Origin: Eledone cirrhosa
Lineage: Eukaryota
Reading direction: 5' to 3'
DNA: 64,000 nucleotides
NCBI GenBank assembly: GCA_964016885.1
Contig: OZ024740.1
Coordinates: 219,480,001 to 219,544,000 of the forward strand
Below are positions 56,308-64,000 of this stretch, piece by piece. Each line of letters begins with the position of its first letter. The stretch's first letter is position 1. A program made the translations under genes and the position numbers. Below the pieces are notes generated by a model, which was not told the origin of the DNA, made no database searches, and was given only the letters and a program-made list of their open reading frames with translations.

Positions 56308-57596
56308 ATATAACGAAGGAAATGTGGTAAGGAACCAGATAGACCATAACGCACCAAAGTACTCAATACTTAGGGTAGTAGAGTGGGTAATAGGAACAAG
56401 TAAGACCCCAACGGCAGAGCTCAAGCCATTTCGACGGCTGATTCTGGACTAAATAAGAATTTTTAGCCTGGTAAATAAATAGTCGAACTTCTCAGGGGGT
56501 AATTCCATATATGGGAAAATAGTAATTGTCAAGAGGATTGGTCAAAAATCTGTTGTAAAGACAGTTGATTTTATCATGGCATTTAGTGGAAGGTGGGGTG
56601 GGGGTAGCTGAACTTGCCGGTAAAACAAAGAGGGAGTGGGGGAAGCCCAGTCAATCTTTGAAAGTGAAATCTATTACAGCAGATAGTGTATAGACGGTGG
56701 AAAAAAGTGTACTGGAGAAGAGGGGGGGCGGGGGGTTTGAAAAAGTAGGTAAATCCAAAGGGAGTAAACAAAGAGCCATTATAAACAAATATATAAACAA
56801 ACAGCAATTTCTGGCCACTACTCCATCCCCAAATCTCTCATTGGTATTGTTAAGCTATAGAAAAGTTTAATAGGTGGAGAAAAATGCTAAATACAGGATT
56901 GTAGTGAAAGCACTTTATAAAGCCATCTTTACATGGGGTCTGACACCACTACAAAAGTTAGTAGTAATCAGCCAATGCTATCTTACAATGACAGGTTAAT
57001 AAGTTGAGGACACACATACTAAAAACCTAATACGAACTATTAATTCAGAATGCTAATACATACTAATACCAAGAATACTAGAGCAAAAATACCACTAAGA
57101 ATTTTATAAAGCCATCTTTACAGGGTGTCAAACACCACTGCAATAGTTAGTAATAATCAGCCAATGCTATCTTACAATGACAGGTTTATAAGTTGAGGGC
57201 AAACATACTAAAAAAACTAATACAAAATATTAATTCAGAATACTAATACAATAAATACTAATACAAGAATACCAATGCAGAAATACCACTAAGAAACTTA
57301 GAAACCACTGAAATGGAGCAGCAACCAGAAAGAAGACAATTATCTGGGGTCTAACACATCTTCTATAAAAAACGTAATCGGCCAATTCTATCTTAAAATT
57401 AGGTGGGGGTGCTGAGGCTACAGAGGACTGATGGGCTGCATCAGGGTGGGCGAAGATTTGAAAAAAAAAGACGACAAGGGAGGAGATCTGGGGTGGAAGG
57501 ACTAGGAAGAGAGGGGGGAAGAAGGAACTATAGAGGAAAAGATTAAAAAAAAAATATAAAAAAGTTATGTCTACCTTTGTAAGCAGGGGTTACCCC

Positions 57597-58280
57597 TTAC
57601 AAAGTCGGAAAGTGGGGGTGTTTCAGCCCTTGTCTACCCCCCCCCCCCGGGTCATTTTGGGGTTTGAGGGCGAGGTAAGTCCTACGCAATCTGTGTTTGC
57701 ATGCAGTTACCAGTTCGTCTTTCTTGTTTAGGAGTTGGTCCTTCGAAAACACCATTTGTAATGTTTCCTCCGAGCATAAGTTACACGGACGGCATTCTCC
57801 CATGTAAGAGTTAGCTCTGGACAGTAAGCTCCAAGTGAGATTGTATGTTATATTATTAGCTTTGAGGTCCCAGATGTGGCCCGAGAGTGTAGTGGTGTGA
57901 TGCCGGGCCGAGTTTCGGAAAGTATGTCTGTGTAGGTAGAGCCGGGTCTTGAAGTCACAAGCGGTTAATCCTATATAAGCTTTGTTGGAGGTGTCCGTCC
58001 TCACATTGCACTGGTAGATCACATTACGATCTTGGCATCTGTTGTTGAGGGGGCAAAGGGATCTATCAGGACAGTTGTACCTCCTGGTCGGCTCTCCACT
58101 GCTGTCTCAGTTATTTCTTCCATAGGGGTTGAGTTTTTTGTTGTTAGAGGAGACGATGTTTTGTGCAAAGTTAGGTGCTGTGCTGTAGGAGAGTTTAATG
58201 GTGTTTTTGTTGATTATGTTGTGGTAGCGGTGTTGTAGTGGGAAGTGTTTTTCAATGAGTCTAAAGAAGATTTTCGACCT
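57597..58280 (-). pseudogene. PLE ORF remnant: Neptune linker plus GIY-YIG endonuclease, one in-frame TGA at 58107-58109
   Basis: FFRLIEKHFPLQHRYHNIINKNTIKLSYSTAPN...*...YNCPDRSLCPLNNRC...VIYQC...YIGLT...FKTR...H...CNLCSEE...LLNKKDEL...CKHR; the two track ORFs are in the same frame. Confidence 0.9.
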
Positions 58281-58482
58281 TCTATACACTATCCTTAGAA
58301 TCTGCTGTATAGATTTCACTTTCAACGCTTGACTGGGCTTCCCCCACTCCCTCTTTGTTCTACCGGCAAGTTCAGCTACCCCCACCCTACCTTTCACTAA
58401 ATGCCATGATAGAATCAACTGTCTTTACAACACATTTTTGACCAATCCTCTTGACAATTACTATCTTCCCATATATGGAATT

Positions 58483-58578
58483 ACCCCCTGAGAAGTTCGG
58501 CTATTTATTTACCAGGCTAAAAATTCTTATTTAGTCCAGAATTAGCCGTCGAAACGGCTTGAGCTCTGCCGTCGGGGT
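58483..58578 (+). ncRNA. Type I hammerhead-like motif with variant core (CUGAGAAG) and long stem II; mirror copy ~56405-56500 (-)
   Basis: ACCCC-CUGAGAAG-[UUCGGCUA...UAGCCGUC]-GAAA-CGGC(UUGAGCUCU)GCCG-UC-GGGGU. Confidence 0.68.
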
Positions 58579-58588
58579 CTTACTTGTT

Positions 58589-58660
<72 letters not shown>

Positions 58661-58666
<6 letters not shown>

Positions 58667-60432
58667 GTCCTTCATCAGTGATCTTCCAACCTTCATTGGT
58701 ATTTCATCGCTTTAAAAATCATATACCTCTGGTTGGTGCGAGCAATAACTAAATAAAGTTATTGGGACAAGTAAAATAGCGTGAAGTGAGCGAGACATGT
58801 AAACAAACCAAGATGGTATTGCAAAGGAAAGATAGGAACAGACAAGTACATGATATCTATAAGCTTAAGCTTGGTGAATTCATGGACGAGAGATACAGGC
58901 CGTCCGACATGGCTGAGATGTGAGCGAGAAAAGGATGTCACACAGGTCAAACGGGAGGGAGTGAGAGAGGAGGAGAAGTAGAGAGTGAGTGAGTGAGTGG
59001 AAGTGTGAGGAAGAGGCCAGCCGAGAGAAAGTGTGACTGGCAGAGGGGGTAAAAAGAAGGTGAGAGATACAGAGAGAGGGGAAGTAGTAAGAAAGAAACA
59101 GACAATCGCAGCAGAGGGGGTAAAAAGAAGGTGAGAGATACAGAGAGAGGGGAAGTAGTAAGAAAGAAACAGACAATCGCAGCAGAGGGGGTAAAAGGAA
59201 GGTGAGAGATACAGAGAGAGGGGAAGTAGTAAGAAAGAAACAGACAATCGCAGCAGAGGGGGTAAAAAGAAGGTGAGAGATACAGAGAGAGGGGAAGTAG
59301 TAAGAAAGAAACAGACAATCGCAGCAGAGGGGGTAAAAGGAAGGTGAGAGATACAGAGAGAGGGGAAGTAGTAAGAAAGAAACAGACAATCGCAGCAGAG
59401 GGGGTAAAAAGAAGGTGAGAGATACAGAGAGAGGGGAAGTAGTAAGAAAGAAACAGACAATCGCAGCAGAGGGGGTAAAAGGAAGGTGAGAGATACAGAG
59501 AGAGGGGAAGTAGTAAGAAAGAAACAGACAATCGCAGCAGAGGGGGTAAAAGGAAGGTGAGAGATACAGAGAGAGAGGAAGCAGTAAGATAGAAAGAGAC
59601 AATCGCAGCAGAGGGGGTAAAAAGAAGGTGAGAGATACAGAGAGAGGGGAAGTAGTAAGAAAGAAACAGACAATCGCAGCAGAGGGGGTAAAAGGAAGGT
59701 GAGAGATACAGAGAGAGGGGAAGTAGTAAGAAAGAAACAGACAATCGCAGCAGAGGGGGTAAAAGGAAGGTGAGAGATACAGAGAGAGGGGAAGTAGTAA
59801 GAAAGAAACAGACAATCGCAGCAGAGGGGGTAAAAAGAAGGTGAGAGATACAGAGAGAGGGGAAGTAGTAAGAAAGAAACAGACAATCGCAGCAGAGGGG
59901 GTAAAAGGAAGGTGAGAGATACAGAGAGAGGGGAAGTAGTAAGAAAGAAACAGACAATCGCAGCAGAGGGGGTAAAAGGAAGGTGAGAGATACAGAGAGA
60001 GAGGAAGCAGTAAGATAGAAAGAGACAATCGCAGCTGAGGAAAAAATATAAATATAAGAAAAATGGAGTGCTGCGTGGTTGCACATGGGTTACATATGAA
60101 TAAAATTAGATCCTTTTCTCGCTCACATCTCAGCCATGTCGGATGGTCTGTATCTCTCGTCCATGAATTCACCAAGCTTAAGCTTATAGATATCATGTAC
60201 TTGTCTGTTCCTATCTTTCCTTTGCAATACCATCTTGGTTTGTTTACATGTCTCGCTCACTTCACGCTATTTTACTTGTCCCAATAACTTTATTTAGTTA
60301 TTGCTCGCACCAACCAGAGGTATATGATTTTTAAAGCGATGAAATACCAATGAAGGTTGGAAGATCACTGATGAAGGACTAATTTTATTCATATGTAACC
60401 CATGTGCAACCACGCAGCACTCCATTTTTCTT
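58661..60432. mobile_element. Non-coding PLE-like element: permuted unit on minus strand (60109 to 58661) plus inverted partial copy (60110-60432)
   Basis: 58661-58936 is the reverse complement of 60110-60385, and 60056-60109 is the reverse complement of ~60379-60432; flanked by TA tracts. Confidence 0.8.
59040..60033. repeat. 71-bp minisatellite, 14 copies
   Basis: Unit GCAGAGGGGGTAAAARGAAGGTGAGAGATACAGAGAGAGGGGAAGTAGTAAGAAAGAAACAGACAATCGCA starting at 59040, 59111, 59182, etc. Confidence 0.97.
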
Positions 60433-60445
60433 TTATATATATATA

Positions 60446-61115
60446 TCATCATCATCATCATCATCATCAGGTTTAGCGTCCGTGTTCCACGCTTGCATGG
60501 GTTTGGACGGGGGTTTTCCCACTTGAGGCAAGAGTGGTTGTCTTGCTCGCATAGGACTGTCTGGCGGGTTTTCTACAGTTGGATGCCCTTCCTAACACCA
60601 ACCACATTTACAGTGTGGGGCTGGGAGGTTTTTACCGTGTTGCCTACACGGCCACATTACAGCGTGGACTGTCTGGCGGGTTTTCTACAGCTGGATGCCC
60701 TTCCTAACACCAACCACATTTACAGTGTGGGGCTGGGAGGTTTTTACCGTGTTGCCTACATGGCCACATTACAGCGTGGACTGTGTGTTTTTTTGTCGTG
60801 ACACCTACACGATCTCATTTGTTTCAGCCTGGATGTTGTGGGACCAACATAACTTTACATTGAAAGGGGCGGTGTGGATGGGGTGGAGGTGGTGGGACGG
60901 GAGTGTGTTTTGATAGAGATGCCTACTGACTGTAGTAGGTTTTTACTTTGTATTTAGGTAAGGCGGGTCTTCTCTATTACTGAGTACCGCCAAAGGTCTC
61001 GGTCCAGTGACATTGTCTTGGAGAGGTGTAAGCGTGTGAGGTCGGAATTTATCAGCTCGTCCCATGTTTTTCTGGGTCTGCCTACTCCGTGGCTACCGTC
61101 TATCTTTATTGCCCA
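60446..61115 (-). mobile_element. RTE 3' fragment of the same subfamily as 37811-40524, with a ~112-bp internal tandem duplication
   Basis: Matches 37811-38335; GGACTGTCTGGCGGGTTTTCTACAG occurs at ~60554 and ~60666. Confidence 0.9.
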
Positions 61116-61133
61116 TATATATATATATATATA

Positions 61134-61570
61134 TTATACTTGGGGAGGGTAATATTTGTGTAATATTGCCAGAATTAATAACAGAACACACTCACTGATT
61201 GGTTGGTTTTCACTTTTCGCTGCTGTGTTTTTTATATCGGTAATCTAATTTATTCGGTCCTCAATGTTGCCATTGACTGACCAACGGTCAAAAACGGGAG
61301 GAAACAATAGCGCCACAGACGATGTTGCAGATGTGCAGTGAAAGAACTTTGATAAACTATATATATGTGTTTGTGTCTATATTGTATCTGTATTATTTTT
61401 GACTGTTGGTCAGTCAATGGCAACATTGAGGACCGAATAAATTAGGTTACCGATATAAAAGATACAGAAGCGAAAAACGAAAACCAACCAAACAGTGAGT
61501 GTGTTCTGTTATTAATTCTGGCAATATTACACAAATATGACCCTCCCCAAGTATAACAATATTTGTTTCG
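61134..61570. mobile_element. Fold-back element with ~160-bp arms (61134-61295 / 61396-61556); same terminus in a short hairpin at ~15075-15200
   Basis: TTATACTTGGGAGGG... / ...CCCTCCCCAAGTATAACAATATTTGTTTC is shared with 15120-15150. Confidence 0.78.
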
Positions 61571-62387
61571 ACTTGCAATCGAAAGGTTGTGAGTTCAATT
61601 CTCAGACCAGGTGATGTGTTGATTCCTTGAGCAAGACACTTTATTTTACCTCCAGTTTACTCAACAGTAGAAATGAGATGATAGGGACTGGGGTCCCTAT
61701 CATTCCACTGCAAAGTGGTCATGGAGGTGCCACGTCAAAAAAAGCACCCACCACTCACTGTAAATGAGGTTGGTGTTAGGAAGGGCATCCAGCTGTAGAA
61801 ATCAAAGCCAGAATCAGTTCCCATCCCACCCTTGCAAGCAGAGAAAAGCGGACATAAAATGATGATGATGATGATATATATATATTACTTAAAATAAAAC
61901 ATGGATTGACATCAGGCAGTGTATCTAGCCATAATTAAAAAAATAAGTCTAAAACTGCTCTATGACTATATTACTCTGATACTGTAAGTTTTCACAATGA
62001 TCTGTACACCAGTGAAGATACTATAGATATTCGAATTGACAAACTGGTTTTTTATATATTTTCTACTAAAACATTATAGGATGTTAAGAGTTAAATAAGG
62101 AGATAGATAGTGGGGCATTGCTGGGTGAGTATATCTGCCATCATTTACAGTGAAGCCTGTTTTAGATATTAAGGGTTGTGACAGCAGTTATCATCAACAG
62201 GCATGAGCAAACACTTAGTGTTTGGAAAGATATGAGACTGCCAAAACAGCTGATTCTGATGAAGAGAAATGGATGAGAAAGAAATGGTGATGCCATCAGT
62301 ATCTGATACTGAATTTAAAATGTATACTATCATGGTATTTCCTATTCACATATGGTTTGGTGGCAATCCCCCCCCCATCTCTCTCTT

Positions 62388-62420
<33 letters not shown>

Positions 62421-62614
62421 CATATATGCATGCACATGTACACACACACTCGAAAATACACTCATGCGCACACATGAACAAATACACATATACATACACA
62501 TGCATGCACACACACAAATACATACACATGTGTGCACACAACTTATAAATGACTTTGCTGTATTTACAATTTTTCCTTTTTTTTCCTCTTAATTGTTCTC
62601 CACATACACACACA

Positions 62615-62645
<31 letters not shown>

Positions 62646-62835
62646 TCTCTCTCTCTCTCTCTCTCCTGTCTATATTGACCTAAAATGTTTTGTCTAACAA
62701 AAGTAACAAAAAATCAAAAGCAGACATAAATTCTTCTGTGGTGTATGTCCTACTTTCAACTTTGTAGTGGTTCTTTGCACTTTGTAGATTCCTACCAGCT
62801 GTCATGTCAAAAGTATATCTCATTCTCATCTTTAA

Positions 62836-63520
62836 CCCTTTCTTTACCCATATTGCTAATATTTCTAATGAAATATATACCAAGGTTTTCAAATCATTAT
62901 GAAAGGCGGTGAATTGGCAGTATCGGTAGAGGCTAGGACATGCTTTCCAGCATAGTTACGTCCCTTTATGATCTGAGTTCAAATCCCGCCGAGGTTAACT
63001 TTGCCTTTCATCCATACGGGGTCGATAAAATAAAGTACCAGTAATGTACTGGGTAATTGCTGGCCTTGTGCCAAAAGTAGAAACAATTATGAAAGTAATC
63101 CAGATTTTTTTTTGTATTTAGTAATATAACTAATTTTCAAATTTTTGTTCTGGTGTTTGGAGCATAGCTTAACAGAGTTTCTTAATTGAAATTATTATGG
63201 AAGGCTTTTAGATAAATATAAACGCTTTAACCCTTTAGCATTTACATTACTCTATATTTATTATTGTATTTTTCATGATAAAGGCTTGACCTCACATAAT
63301 TATCTCACATGTTATCGAATCTATGAGATTTTGATATTATTTATTAGGGGAACAATACCCTAACATCAGTATGAATGGCCAGTTACAGCTGGTTTGTACT
63401 GAAAGAGGTGAGAGAATTCTGGATAAATATGGCTGGTTTAAATGCCAAAGGGTTAAAATAAGTAGCTTTTTATCATAGAAATAATCAGGACTGGTTTTAG
63501 ATGATTTGATATCAAAAGGG
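62836..63520. mobile_element. piggyBac-type MITE containing a SINE and a nested second piggyBac-type MITE (63231-63452)
   Basis: Outer TTAA|CCCTTT...AAAGGG|TTGA; inner TTAA|CCCTTTAGCATTT...AAATGCCAAAGGG|TTAA. Confidence 0.72.
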
Positions 63521-63559
63521 TTGAATTAATATGTTGTCCACAATACTGGGATTTTGATG

Positions 63560-63795
63560 TGTGTGTCCAGGTGGACTGAACAGTGCCTTGTGTACCAGAG
63601 TAAGACATTCCATTTCACATTACTCCAGTTTACTCAGCTGAAAGTGAGCACCAACTATAGTTGGGGAATTTATCCTATAACAAACTGTTTTATCTGCCAG
63701 ATAGGAGTCTTATACTCTCAGTCTTATAATGCTAATGAAACTAAATGCTGGCCTGATGAGCATTTGGACTTGGAACAGACTTTAACTTTAACCTT
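63560..63795 (+). mobile_element. Old Nin/Deu-domain-type SINE remnant; another 3' remnant at ~29810-29875
   Basis: ATGCTAATGAAAC..GCTGGCCTGATGAGCATTTGG..CAGACTTTA resembles the recalled Nin-domain 3' consensus ATGCTAC.GAAACCGG.ATAAGCTCCGGCCTGATGGGCCACTTGG...CAGACTTTACC. Confidence 0.55.
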
Positions 63796-64000
63796 TCATT
63801 ATATAAGTCTATGTAAGGGTGGTAGATTGATAATATCAACAGAGCACCAGACAACATGCTTTGTGGCAATGAGTTATGGCTCTTTACATTCTGATTTCAA
63901 ATCTCGCCGAGGTTAGTTTTGCCTTTCATCCTTAAGGGGTCAATAAAATAAAGTACCAGTAATGCACTGGAATTGATTTAAAAGACTTTTCCCTCTCTGA

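Larger units (their letters stand above)
56311..58592 (-). mobile_element. 5'-truncated Neptune-type Penelope-like retrotransposon with inverted pseudo-LTR (arms ~56388-56693 / 58281-58592)
   Basis: GIY-YIG ORF remnant, long 3' UTR with a ~189-bp tandem duplication (56913-57300), inverted terminal copy, HHR-like motif in each arm, TA-rich tracts at both ends. Confidence 0.92.

Noticed and set aside
59040-60033. Possible CRISPR-like array
   Set aside because: Units are contiguous with no unique spacers, and the context is eukaryotic intron with no cas genes.
58759-60196. Three 379-441 aa minus-strand ORFs
   Set aside because: Produced by a stop-free 71-bp tandem repeat open in all three frames; not protein-like.

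Overview
AT-rich, microsatellite-dense eukaryotic genomic DNA. The repeat families (tRNA-derived SINEs with (GAT)n tails, RTE and R4-like LINEs) suggest an octopod cephalopod; this is an inference. The only host gene I can support is inversin (INVS/NPHP2): three consecutive + strand ankyrin-repeat exons (7650-7816, 25142-25315, 41896-41961) with GT-AG boundaries that splice in frame, separated by ~17 kb introns. The rest is intronic and packed with mobile DNA: RTE LINE copies (one with a ~787-codon uninterrupted RT ORF carrying a PHD-type finger), R4-like fragments, three non-autonomous Helitrons, piggyBac/hAT/Tc1-type MITEs, several SINE families and a Neptune-type Penelope-like element (PLE) with a GIY-YIG endonuclease. 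The most notable pattern is a dense set of type I hammerhead ribozyme (HHR) motifs. They sit in short PLE-derived elements that often abut (TA)n tracts and fold back on themselves. They include a near-perfect ~330-bp palindrome with an HHR on each strand, a tandem ~360-bp retrozyme-like unit, and a circularly permuted element carrying a 71-bp x14 minisatellite. Most ORFs in the supplied track are microsatellite artefacts.
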